DNA of 64,000 nucleotides from Polyangiaceae bacterium (GTDB lineage Bacteria; Myxococcota_A; Polyangia; Polyangiales; Polyangiaceae): NCBI GenBank assembly GCA_965222375.1, contig CBDCTZ010000011.1, positions 576,001 to 640,000 of the forward strand, read 5' to 3'. Shown piece by piece: positions 1 to 10,406 of this stretch (position 1 is its first letter; each line of letters starts with the position of its first letter). The notes under the pieces were generated by a model. It saw only the letters and a program-made list of their open reading frames with translations, ran no database searches and was not told where the DNA came from. The position numbers and the translations under genes were made by a program.

Positions 1-15
1 CACGCCACCACCCGC

Positions 16-2115
16 CTACACTTTCCTGGAATCACGCACGAGAGTCTTCAGCTTCTCTTCCTGCCTGGGCAGTGAGCTTTCCTTGCCGGTGCGTCGCGTC
101 AACCGCTCAATCGCAATCAAGGGCGGACAGACCTTTTCGTCTCGGTAGTTCGCCTCGCACTCCATGCAGGACAGGCACTCTCTCGGGTCAATCGTGCCGT
201 TATCGCGAATCGCCCGCGGCTCGCAGCCTCGAGTGCAGATGGTGCATTTCGAGCAGAATGCGCGACGGTGGGGGCCGGAGAGTCGGAAGCTGCCGGGCAG
301 AGCCAAGGCCGCACCCAGTGGGCATAGGTACCGGCAGAAGGGGCGATACATCACCACCGATATGCCAAGCAGTGCCAACCAGTAGGCGAACAAGCCAATC
401 GGTCGGGCCCAAGGCTTGACGTAGAAGGTGGACTTGAAGGGCTCTACCTCGGCGAGTTGCTCACCCAGCTGGGGCGACTTCAGGAAGATGCCGATCAGGG
501 CGACCAGGATCACGTAGCGTAACCAGCGCAAGGGCTTGTGAACGCTGTCGGGCAGTTCGTACTCGGGCAGCTTCAGCTTGCGACCGATCTTGAACAACAG
601 CTCGTTGAGGGCGCCATAGGGGCAAGCCCAACCGCAGAACACACCGCGGCCCCACACGATTGTCACGAAGGCAATGAAGATCCAAAACACGAACAGCAAG
701 GGTTCGGAAAGGAACAACCCCAACCGCCACTCACCCACGATGGAATCCACGAAGGTCAGCACCTGGGTCACGGAAGGCTGTACCCGCAGCCAGAGTCCAA
801 AGCCGAGGAGGGCGACCACCATGGAGACCATGTGCATCGTCTCCAGCCGTTTCATGCGCGCTGTGCTCCAGCGTCGGGTCGCAAAGACGAGCACGATGAG
901 GAATAGCGCGGCCCCAAGGATGCCCGCCTGGCCCCGGGCACGCCTCCAGGCATTGCGCCAAATCAGGGATTCCGGATCGGGCCCGTCCAGCACGTAGACG
1001 CTCTTGGGCAAGCGATGGTTGGACTTGATCTCCTGGAAGTCACGGGAGAAGGCGCCGCGTCGGTTGTAGCGACTACCCAGGAAGATGAGGGAGTACTCCT
1101 GCCCCGGATCCAGCTTGCCGCCTTTCACACGAAACGCTGCGGACTCTTTGAAGCTCGGCGCACCGGCAGCTTGGGCACCAGACAAGTTCGTGTACACGCT
1201 GTCTGTGAACATCACCGAGCGCATGCCCTGTTCGAGGCGAACGCGGTCGAAGATGCCGCCGCGGACGAAGCCGGACCCCTTGAAGGAGTTGGAGCCGTTG
1301 CCGAAGACGAGCAAGATGTGTTCGCCGGGTTTCAGCTGCTTCATCTGGTAGGCGTACTCGCGTTCGCCCAGCAGCGCTTTGCCGATCTGAGGTGCGTCAC
1401 CGATGGTGAAGTACAGGTCGATGAAGGTTTCCGTGCTGCCGACCAGGCCCATGTCGGCCTCGCTCAGGGTCAGCCGCCCGAAGACCTCCTTGTCGATCAT
1501 CTCCTGCCAGGTCCAAGGGCGCGCTTCCTGCACGAAATGACCCGGCACCAGGGGTTGCAGTTCTATGACTCCTACGGCACCGCCGAGGGCGCGGGCGGAG
1601 TCCATGATCGTTTGGTTCTGCGCCAGCACCGTCACGGTGGCGCCGGAGACGATGTCGACGCTGATGACGTCCTTTTCCTTGGTGGCTCCGACGGTGACGC
1701 GCTGAGTCGCCTTCATGCCCACATAGTTGGCGACGAAGTCATGCAACTTCTTTTCAGGGATCCCGATCAGAATGATGGGCTCGCTGTGGTGCACGACCCG
1801 AGCGCCCGCAATCACACCTTCAGGCGTCAGGCCAACGAGGGTGACCATGGGTTTGCTGGAGTACGCCTTGATGTCGACCACGTCGGTAGACATCACGACC
1901 CAACCCACGGTTTCCCCGGCGTCGTTCTTGCCAAGTTTGTAGGGCGCGTCCGGGACGTCCTCGAACTTGGTGGCGCCGGGCAGTGCCGCCTTGCACGGCA
2001 GCTTGGTGCAATCGAGCTTCTTGGGGGGCTCCTTCGCTGCCAGCGCCGCGACGGACATCACGCACAGCGTGATGAAAATCAACAGCGACACTTGGGCGCG
2101 GAACAACAGCTTCAC
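16..2115 (-). CDS. nosR: NosR/NirI family membrane Fe-S flavoprotein
   Basis: FMN-binding motif DIVSGATVT, TM helices, CGWACP and CRYLCP motifs, C-terminal 2x[4Fe-4S] motifs (CSKCTICTRGC, CLSCMEC). GTG start at 2115 follows AAGGAG. Directly downstream of nosZ. Confidence 0.92.
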   Translation of the reverse strand: MKLLFRAQVSLLIFITLCVMSVAALAAKEPPKKLDCTKLPCKAALPGATKFEDVPDAPYKLGKNDAGETVGWVVMSTDVVDIKAYSSKPMVTLVGLTPEGVIAGARVVHHSEPIILIGIPEKKLHDFVANYVGMKATQRVTVGATKEKDVISVDIVSGATVTVLAQNQTIMDSARALGGAVGVIELQPLVPGHFVQEARPWTWQEMIDKEVFGRLTLSEADMGLVGSTETFIDLYFTIGDAPQIGKALLGEREYAYQMKQLKPGEHILLVFGNGSNSFKGSGFVRGGIFDRVRLEQGMRSVMFTDSVYTNLSGAQAAGAPSFKESAAFRVKGGKLDPGQEYSLIFLGSRYNRRGAFSRDFQEIKSNHRLPKSVYVLDGPDPESLIWRNAWRRARGQAGILGAALFLIVLVFATRRWSTARMKRLETMHMVSMVVALLGFGLWLRVQPSVTQVLTFVDSIVGEWRLGLFLSEPLLFVFWIFIAFVTIVWGRGVFCGWACPYGALNELLFKIGRKLKLPEYELPDSVHKPLRWLRYVILVALIGIFLKSPQLGEQLAEVEPFKSTFYVKPWARPIGLFAYWLALLGISVVMYRPFCRYLCPLGAALALPGSFRLSGPHRRAFCSKCTICTRGCEPRAIRDNGTIDPRECLSCMECEANYRDEKVCPPLIAIERLTRRTGKESSLPRQEEKLKTLVRDSRKV

Positions 2116-2200
2116 TTGGTGGCACTCCTTGGGAGTCGCCCCCTCCAAAAAAGCGGCGCGTGGCTCGTCGTTGGCGACGAGCCACGGCCATCGCTCTGCC

Positions 2201-4096
2201 TCACGCTTCGACGATCATGCGTCCGCGCATCTCCAAGTGCAGCGCGTGGCAGAACCAAGGGCAGTAGAACCAGTAGACACCGGCCTTGTCCGCGACGAAG
2301 GAGTGGCTCTGGGTATCCTGCGGGTTCACCAAGAAGTTCACGTCGTGCTTGCCGACGCAGACTCCGTGGCAGAGGTCCTCGACCTTGTCCTGGTTGGTGA
2401 TGACGATCTGGACCGTGTCACCCTTCTTGACCTTGAACTCCTTCATCCCGAAGTTCGGCGCCAGGCTGGTCATGTACACGCGGACGTTCTTGCCTTTGCG
2501 TACGACCTTGTTGTCCTTCATCAGATCAACGCCGTCTTCCTCGGCCCACTTCTTGTAGAGGTCGAAGCGCGCCAGAGTGCGCTTCTGCATCTTCTTGGGG
2601 TGAAACAGGTCCTTCTTGACGATGACCGCGTCGTGGGGCTCGGGATAGGTCGGGCCGTCGTGGACCAGCACCATCTTCTCGCCGGAGATGTCGATCAGCT
2701 GGTCGTTCTCGGCATGCATTGGGCCAACGTTCAGGAAGCGATCCTTGGAGAACTTGCACAGCGCGACCAGCCACTTGCCGTCGGCCTCCTTCGTCTCGCT
2801 CATGCTCGCGTTGATGTGGCCAATTTGATAGTGCACATCGAGCTTCTGAATGATGGGGTCGGGCTTCTCACCCTTGGCGGTGAAGGCCTTGATCGCCTTG
2901 TCGATGTTCCATTTGGTCACGACCGAGTCGAGGAAGATCGAGGTGTAGGCGTTGCCCTTGTTGTCGAAAGCGGTGTGCAAGGGGCCAAGGCCCACTTCGG
3001 GCTCGGCGACGACCGCGTCGCGGGGCTTGACCTTGCCGCCGAAGACATCAGCCAACTTGTCGATGTCCACAACGCTCACCGTCGGGGACAGCTTGCCGGA
3101 CACCACCGCATACTTGCCCTTGGGGTCGATGTTCACGCCGTGGGGGCTCTTGGGCACGGGAATGCGCTGCACGTAGGGTCCGTTGTCGCCGCGGGCGTCG
3201 ATGACGGGCGCTTCCGAATCTCCGATCTTGATGCCTTTGCCCTCGGCGACGGCCTTCTCGATGGCGGGAATGTTGAAGACGTACAGGCAGTCCCGCTCGT
3301 TGGCCATCATGCCTTCGGCGTCGATGGCGCCTTCCAGGTTGTAGGAAGTAGCGAAGGAATAGGTGCCCTTGTAGTCCGTGGCACAGAGGTCCATGTTGCC
3401 CTCGACCATGACCTGCCACTTGACTTCCATCGTCTCGCCGTCGATGGCGGTGTGCATGGCGCCCCACTTCTTGGCGTCCTCCATGTCCTTGCCATCATTG
3501 GCTTGGGGCTGGCGGAACTCGGCGTTGCAGAGCACCAGGCCCGTAGCGTGACGCTGGGGGAAGATCCCGTGAGTACCCTGAGCGTTGGGGATGTCGGTGA
3601 TCTTGTCCACCTCCATCGCCTCGCAGTCCACGCGCGCCAGGCGCGCATGCGCCTTGTCGTTCACGTAGATGTACTTGCCGTCGTAGGTGCCATCTTTGTA
3701 GGACGGGTGAACGTGGTGCGTATCGCCCGAGGCGGTGCCGCCCAAGAGCTCCTTGGAGTAGTCCGTACCGCCCCAGCCGGTGGCCGAATCGCGATTGAAG
3801 ACCGGGATGCGCTTGAGTTCGCGCATCGAGGGAATGCCCAGAACCCGGATCTCGCCCGAGTGCCCGCCACTCCAGAAGCCGTAGTATTCATCGAGCTTGC
3901 CTGGAGCCACGTGGCTCGCAGACGCGTGGCCAGCAGTCTTCGTGCCCGCCGCACTGCCCGACGGCTTTCCGCTGCCACCCGGTGCCGGGGTCTGTCCCTT
4001 GTTCTCGCACCCGGTCAGGACCGCCGCTGCACCTACGGCCAGCGAACCAACCAGGAACTCACGTCGATTGTCGGGCTTGGTTTCATTCTTGGACAT
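2201..4096 (-). CDS. nosZ: Nitrous-oxide reductase, Tat-exported (clade I-type)
   Basis: Tat motif NRREFL; CuZ His motifs DTHH, GTHG, SPHG, GPLH, IGH, EPHD; CuA motif CPWFCHALHLEM. ATG at 4096 follows GAGGTG. Confidence 0.97.
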   Translation of the reverse strand: MSKNETKPDNRREFLVGSLAVGAAAVLTGCENKGQTPAPGGSGKPSGSAAGTKTAGHASASHVAPGKLDEYYGFWSGGHSGEIRVLGIPSMRELKRIPVFNRDSATGWGGTDYSKELLGGTASGDTHHVHPSYKDGTYDGKYIYVNDKAHARLARVDCEAMEVDKITDIPNAQGTHGIFPQRHATGLVLCNAEFRQPQANDGKDMEDAKKWGAMHTAIDGETMEVKWQVMVEGNMDLCATDYKGTYSFATSYNLEGAIDAEGMMANERDCLYVFNIPAIEKAVAEGKGIKIGDSEAPVIDARGDNGPYVQRIPVPKSPHGVNIDPKGKYAVVSGKLSPTVSVVDIDKLADVFGGKVKPRDAVVAEPEVGLGPLHTAFDNKGNAYTSIFLDSVVTKWNIDKAIKAFTAKGEKPDPIIQKLDVHYQIGHINASMSETKEADGKWLVALCKFSKDRFLNVGPMHAENDQLIDISGEKMVLVHDGPTYPEPHDAVIVKKDLFHPKKMQKRTLARFDLYKKWAEEDGVDLMKDNKVVRKGKNVRVYMTSLAPNFGMKEFKVKKGDTVQIVITNQDKVEDLCHGVCVGKHDVNFLVNPQDTQSHSFVADKAGVYWFYCPWFCHALHLEMRGRMIVEA

Positions 4097-4173
4097 CACA
4101 CACCTCAAGAGCTGAATCTTGGCTCCGAAGGTACCCAAAACGGTCGTTCAGCAGGCATGAAACTCCTGCAGAT

Positions 4174-4188
4174 GCGGCGTTTTGTCGC
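4174..4188. promoter_or_regulatory. Putative RegA/RegR/PrrA-type binding site
   Basis: GCGGCGTTTTGTCGC fits the GNGRCRTTNNGNCGC RegR-box consensus and lies in the nosZ / cytochrome c divergent intergenic region. Confidence 0.5.
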
Positions 4189-4314
4189 AGGATAATCACG
4201 CAAAATTCGCGCGAATCGACCTCGAGGTCTATTGAGTTGGGCTCTCGTGGTACTAGGCCTGCCGTTGACGGGCCGTGGTAGGGAGTGGCCGCCCTTAGGG
4301 CAAGGAGGACCAAG

Positions 4315-4737
4315 ATGAAGTCGAAGTGGATGCTGGTGATGGGTGCGGTCACGTTGATGACCGCGGTTGGCTGCAGCAAGAAGAAGGAGACCGGCAAGGC
4401 CGCTGGCAGCGCGGCTCCGGCGGTAACCCCTGCCGCAGCTGGGGGTGGCGACTCTCCAGCTGATGCCAAGAAGTACTACCAGCAGAAGTGCGTGGTGTGT
4501 CACGGCGAAGGTGGCAAAGGCGATGGCCCGGGTGCTGCGGCGTTGAATCCCAAGCCGAAAGACCTGTCCGATCCCGCTTGGCAGGGCTCCGTCGACGACG
4601 CGCATATCAAGAAGGTCATCCTGGGTGGCGGCGCGGCCGTTGGCAAAAGCTTGATCATGCCCGCCAACCCTGACCTGAAAGGCAAAGACAAACTGCAGGA
4701 CGAGCTGGTCAAAGTCATTCGCGGCCTCAAGAAGTGA
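4315..4737 (+). CDS. Monoheme c-type cytochrome lipoprotein
   Basis: Lipobox AVGC, heme motif CVVCH, distal MP; AAGGAGG RBS. Confidence 0.92.
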   Translation: MKSKWMLVMGAVTLMTAVGCSKKKETGKAAGSAAPAVTPAAAGGGDSPADAKKYYQQKCVVCHGEGGKGDGPGAAALNPKPKDLSDPAWQGSVDDAHIKKVILGGGAAVGKSLIMPANPDLKGKDKLQDELVKVIRGLKK

Positions 4738-4752
4738 GGCTTGCGCGCATTA

Positions 4753-4894
4753 GCGCGCAACTCGTTGATTGCTGAGCCGACAAAGTGCCCACCCGACGGG
4801 GGTGGGAACAAATTGTGCGCGTTGTCGTGAGCTGTTGCGCAACTCGCAGGTCGCTGAGACCGACCCAGTGCCCATCCCGATTGGGGTGGGCACA
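4753..4894. repeat. Two degenerate ~60 bp units (~82 bp period), each ending in a REP-like palindrome
   Basis: GCGCAACTCG..GCTGAG(A)CCGAC..AGTGCCCA.CCCGA..GGGGTGGG.ACA occurs at ~4753-4810 and ~4835-4894. Confidence 0.65.
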
Positions 4895-4929
4895 TTTTCT
4901 GAAGTGGGGGAGTGGCGTTGACGAAGGCC

Positions 4930-5256
4930 CTAGCTACCGTCGTCGGTGTCCGACGCATCCGCGTCACGAGAAGCGGAGTCGCCAGCGTCGTCCGTTTCGC
5001 TGGCATTCGGGCCACCCATGGGCGGCGCTCCCGAGTCGGGCCCGACGTAGGCGATACTGAGACACGGGCCGGCACGGCCGCAGCCCACGGTTTCCGAGAT
5101 ACTCGGCAATCCGCCGCGAAGGGCGCGGCACACTTTCCAGCTCGAATTGCAGCCATTCGTGGCCACCGCGAGGCCTGCCCCGGCCAATGCGGTGGCGACG
5201 AAGCGTTCCCGCCGCCTCAAGATCGCCTTGCGATTGCGTTGATCCGAGTCAGTCAC
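4930..5256 (-). CDS. Small hypothetical exported/lipoprotein
   Basis: ILRRRERFVATALAG followed by a hydrophobic stretch, NGC, a PCLSI motif and an acidic tail. Confidence 0.55.
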   Translation of the reverse strand: MTDSDQRNRKAILRRRERFVATALAGAGLAVATNGCNSSWKVCRALRGGLPSISETVGCGRAGPCLSIAYVGPDSGAPPMGGPNASETDDAGDSASRDADASDTDDGS

Positions 5257-5328
5257 GGATTGCAGTGTACGCCAACCGGAGCGTGACGGGTGATCCTGAG
5301 CCGCCACGCCCTGGAGCCGCGCGTGAGC

Positions 5329-5778
5329 TCAGCGACCGAGGCGTTTGTGGATGCCCTGCTGGCGCAGAAACGCCGTGATCGTTTCCGCCAGCGCCGAATT
5401 CAAGTCGTCCTCCCGGAGAAAAAGTACGCCACTGAACCCGTCACCTTCTTGCCGCGAGGTCACCAAGTCCGCTGCCGCAAGGCCGACGTTCGAGATCGGG
5501 CAGATGATGGGAATCTGAGCGTAGGCGGGCTCGGAGCGTAGGCGCTCGATCAAAGTCAGGCCGTGGACGCCGTCGCCGGCCGAATCCCGATGGGCATTGA
5601 ACGGGATCAGCAGCACGTCGAACCGTGCCCGTCGAACTGCGCGCAGGGCCTTGCCATCGGGCGTCCCGGCCGGCGCGAGCACGGCCACTTCCGCGCCTAG
5701 GGTCTCCAGGGCCTCGAAGACCCGGGAGCGAATTCGGCGAGAGTACGGGCGCAGCGCCCCGACGCGTAACGTAGCCAT
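5329..5778 (-). CDS. Hypothetical protein, degenerate receiver-like domain
   Basis: FDVLLI...DGVHGLTLIERLRSEPAYAQIPII resembles a REC domain lacking the canonical Asp. Confidence 0.6.
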   Translation of the reverse strand: MATLRVGALRPYSRRIRSRVFEALETLGAEVAVLAPAGTPDGKALRAVRRARFDVLLIPFNAHRDSAGDGVHGLTLIERLRSEPAYAQIPIICPISNVGLAAADLVTSRQEGDGFSGVLFLREDDLNSALAETITAFLRQQGIHKRLGR

Positions 5779-5873
5779 GGCGCGAGTACGTCGAGAATAC
5801 CACTACCTTCCGCAACGTCACTTTGGAGAAAACCGCCTCGGTTGGCAGCAGGCGCGCACCCCCACAATCCAGC

Positions 5874-6770
5874 TCAGCGCGCGGATTTCCCCGCTGTGCA
5901 GCGCCGCAGCATGGCAGCCAGCTCGCCCACGGCGGGGCGCTGTTCATCCGGACGTGTCAGCAATTGGTAGGGGATCGGCGCCAGCCCCAAGAGCGGGCGC
6001 GCCACCAAGCCCCGAGGCACCCGCACAAAGTCGTTGACGACCGCTAGGCCCATTTTCAGCTGGGCGAAATGCACCATCAGCTCCCAGCCGTTGACTTCGA
6101 CCGCGACTCGCCAGCTGACGCCCGCGCCCAGCAGTGCACGAGACAAGGCCGTTCGGTGCGGCCGCCCGACGGGCGGGACGATGAGCGAGGCGCCCTCCAG
6201 GTCGTCGAGGGAGAGTCGGCGCCGCTTGGCCAAGGGATGACTCCGCGGCAAGACCAACGCCTGGCCTACGGTTGCGAGGACTTCACTATGCAAGTCCGCG
6301 GGCAACTCGCTGAGGGCGGCGACCCCCACGTCGGCGTCGCCACTGCGCAACGCTGCAACCGTCGAAGGTGCGTCGCGGGTCAGTAGCTGCAACGGGTGAG
6401 CCGAGCTTCGGCGATGCTCGCGCAGCGAACCCCCGAGCAAGTACAAGTAGGATCCTTCTCCGGCTGCCAAGCGAACCGGCTCCGTCTTCTTGGAGCCGCG
6501 GAGGCGATCCAAGAACGCTTCGCTACTCGAAATCAAATCCCGAGCGAAGCGCTGTACCTCGACGCCCTGCGGGGTGAGTTCGAGGCGCCGCCCTTTGCGT
6601 CGATACAGGCTGACGTCGAGGTCTTCGGCGAGGCGCTTCACTTGCGCGAACAGCGCCGGCTGGCTGAGGGCGAGTTCTCGCGCCGCATGGGTGAAGTTTC
6701 GGTGCTCGGCGAAGACGATGAAGGCGCGCAGGCGGTCCAGATCGACGGCGTCGAGTTCAATCATAATCAT
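5874..6770 (-). CDS. LysR family transcriptional regulator
   Basis: HTH NFTHAARELALSQPALFAQVKRL plus substrate-binding domain. The AT-rich upstream region has an ATAA-N8-TTAT box. Confidence 0.95.
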   Translation of the reverse strand: MIMIELDAVDLDRLRAFIVFAEHRNFTHAARELALSQPALFAQVKRLAEDLDVSLYRRKGRRLELTPQGVEVQRFARDLISSSEAFLDRLRGSKKTEPVRLAAGEGSYLYLLGGSLREHRRSSAHPLQLLTRDAPSTVAALRSGDADVGVAALSELPADLHSEVLATVGQALVLPRSHPLAKRRRLSLDDLEGASLIVPPVGRPHRTALSRALLGAGVSWRVAVEVNGWELMVHFAQLKMGLAVVNDFVRVPRGLVARPLLGLAPIPYQLLTRPDEQRPAVGELAAMLRRCTAGKSAR

Positions 6771-6847
6771 TTGCTTATAGCATATCGAAATATATAAGTT
6801 TTCTTGTATTATCGGATCCTTATCTTGCTCGTTGAAAGGACAGAACA

Positions 6848-7429
6848 ATGAGCAAGAAACACAAAGCAGAGCGCCCTGGTAGGCGACGCCCCCAACGCGC
6901 CCCGGCTCTCGGCATCGACATCGGTCGGGTGATCATCAGCCCGGTGGGTGAGAGTGGGGCGGACACCCAGTTTCTCAACGGCTCGGAAGCCGAAGCCATG
7001 GCCACGCCTGCTAGCCCAGGCGCATTCGCGGCAATCGCACAACTCTGGAGCTTGTTCCAAGGCCGAGTTTGGATCGTCTCCAAGTGCGGCCCCCGCGTGC
7101 AAGCGCGTTCGCGACGCTGGCTGGTCCAGAGCGGATTTCACACGCAGACTGGCGTGCCCCAGGAGCATTTGCGCTTCTGTCGCGAGCGCCGCGACAAGGC
7201 GATTCATGCCCGTCAGCTCGGGTTGACCCACTTCGTGGACGATCGAGCCGACGTGCTGCGTCACTTGGAAGGACTGGTCGAGCACCGCCTCCTGTTCGGG
7301 CCGCAACGCAAGGCCGTCCCCTCTTGGGCGGTTTGGGTTGAAGACTGGGCTGCGACCCAGCGCGCGATCACTCGGGCGCTGGCGGCTCGCAGTCCCGACT
7401 CAGGTACTCAGGAGGCACGTGCTTCGTGA
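6848..7429 (+). CDS. HAD-like hypothetical protein
   Basis: LGIDIGRVI N-terminal motif and THFVDDR C-terminal motif; divergent from LysR. Confidence 0.7.
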   Translation: MSKKHKAERPGRRRPQRAPALGIDIGRVIISPVGESGADTQFLNGSEAEAMATPASPGAFAAIAQLWSLFQGRVWIVSKCGPRVQARSRRWLVQSGFHTQTGVPQEHLRFCRERRDKAIHARQLGLTHFVDDRADVLRHLEGLVEHRLLFGPQRKAVPSWAVWVEDWAATQRAITRALAARSPDSGTQEARAS

Positions 7430-7934
7430 GCCAAACGCCGTTCGGTGCGCGAAATAGTTCGTGCCCGTCTCGGGCCATGTCGCCAGAGCGGACCACCAAG
7501 ATGGTGGGCCGCTTTCGGCGGCGGGCGACGAGCTGCGCCGCGGGTCGATCTCCGCTCAAGTGCACGTGCTGTCGCCGGCTCGGCCGCAGTCCTTCGATCA
7601 TGATCTGCACGACGACGTCTGCGCCGGTGCCGTGGAAGGTCAGCTCCGGCGGCGCCTTGGGCTCGTAGCCCAGCTCGACGCCCACGGAGTGACCTTGAAC
7701 AGCTCGTACCCGGTTGCCATCGCCGCTGAGTTCGAAGCGCTGCTTGTCGCTTTCCACCACCACTTGGACCAGTTCTGCGCCGGAAAACTCGAAGCCCTCG
7801 CGAGCGCTGGCGTGGCGTAGCTCTTTGCACCACAGCCAGCCTCCAGGTGCGAGCTCGAGCCCGAGCGCATCCGGGCGATGACGCAGCACCCAGCTCAAGT
7901 ACTTGCTGAGCTGACGATGCCTCCTCGCGTCCAT
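7368..7934 (-). CDS. kptA: RNA 2'-phosphotransferase (Tpt1/KptA)
   Basis: SKYLSWVLRH, DKQRF, RAVQGHS, FHGT, RQHVHLS and NGVWLT motifs. Confidence 0.95.
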   Translation of the reverse strand: MDARRHRQLSKYLSWVLRHRPDALGLELAPGGWLWCKELRHASAREGFEFSGAELVQVVVESDKQRFELSGDGNRVRAVQGHSVGVELGYEPKAPPELTFHGTGADVVVQIMIEGLRPSRRQHVHLSGDRPAAQLVARRRKRPTILVVRSGDMARDGHELFRAPNGVWLTKHVPPEYLSRDCEPPAPE

Positions 7935-8004
7935 GCGCAGCAGGGTATGCAATGAGCGGCTTGGCTCCAACCCTGCAGATGAGCAGCGCGCCCGAAACCC
8001 AGTG

Positions 8005-8072
8005 CGGCACGTTTCGTGAGGACCTCTACTACCGGGTTGGCGTGGTGGAAATCGCGCTGCCCCCTCTGCGCG
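8005..8072 (+). pseudogene. Remnant of a sigma54 enhancer-binding protein AAA+ domain
   Basis: GTFREDLYYRVGVVEIALPPLR is the conserved bEBP signature, but no flanking domain is present. Confidence 0.6.
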
Positions 8073-8231
8073 TGTCCGAGGAAAAGACAGTGCAGCGCGC
8101 AAGGGTGGCTGAGGTTCGTTGGCTCCCTGGGGCCCCGGGGCCGGGCAACGGCTGCTCTTCGAGAAGGTCGGTTCCGGATTGTCGACGTTTCCTCTAGTCT
8201 TCAGGCTACGGACCCTCACCCAGGATCGCTC

Positions 8232-8657
8232 ATGTTCGACCGAATGGCCCGAGAGGAGCTCACCGCGGCTATTGCTGCGGCGGAGCTAGGTCACCGTGGC
8301 GAGTTGCGTGTACATCTGGAGCGCCGCCTCCCGAAAGGCAAGGCGCCGAAGGACCGCGCCCAAGAGCTCTACGAGTCCTTCGGCATGGACCGAACCGCCG
8401 AAGACACGGCAGTGCTGCTCTACCTCGCCTTCGACGTCGGGCGCTGCGCGCTGCATGCAGGTTCCGGCGTGAAAGATGCGGCCGCATCTGGTTTCTGGCA
8501 GAGCGTCGTTGGCGAAATCGAGAAAGGCTTTTCCATCGGGGAGCCCTTGGCAGGCCTGTGCGCCGCTGTCGAGCAGATCGGTGACCTGCTGCGCGAGCAC
8601 GCTCCGGGTGAAGATGTCGCCGGTAACGAACTGCCGGATGCAGTGACCATGTCCTGA
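8232..8657 (+). CDS. TPM domain protein
   Basis: AIAAAELGHRGELRVHLE, GMDRTAEDTAVLLYL and NELPD motifs. Confidence 0.85.
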   Translation: MFDRMAREELTAAIAAAELGHRGELRVHLERRLPKGKAPKDRAQELYESFGMDRTAEDTAVLLYLAFDVGRCALHAGSGVKDAAASGFWQSVVGEIEKGFSIGEPLAGLCAAVEQIGDLLREHAPGEDVAGNELPDAVTMS

Positions 8658-8819
8658 ACGTCTGCAACAGCCGATGCCTGCGAAACGGCGGCGGCGCAGG
8701 TTGGCCTAAGGGCGAGAGTGGTGGCCCAGTGCCGGCCGAATGACCCGACCCCAAGTACGAGATCGAAGTAGAGTTGCGTTGGGAGGGTTGGTCTGGGGCG
8801 TTTTGTGGCTCCTTCGTGA

Positions 8820-10400
<1,581 letters not shown>

Positions 10401-10406
10401 GAAACG

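Noticed and set aside
1967..4195. 742 aa plus-strand ORF and similar long antisense ORFs (1015-2400, 17041-18684, 23595-25154)
   Set aside because: Shadow frames of real genes in high-GC DNA, with no recognisable motifs.
4753..4894. CRISPR array
   Set aside because: Only two degenerate units.
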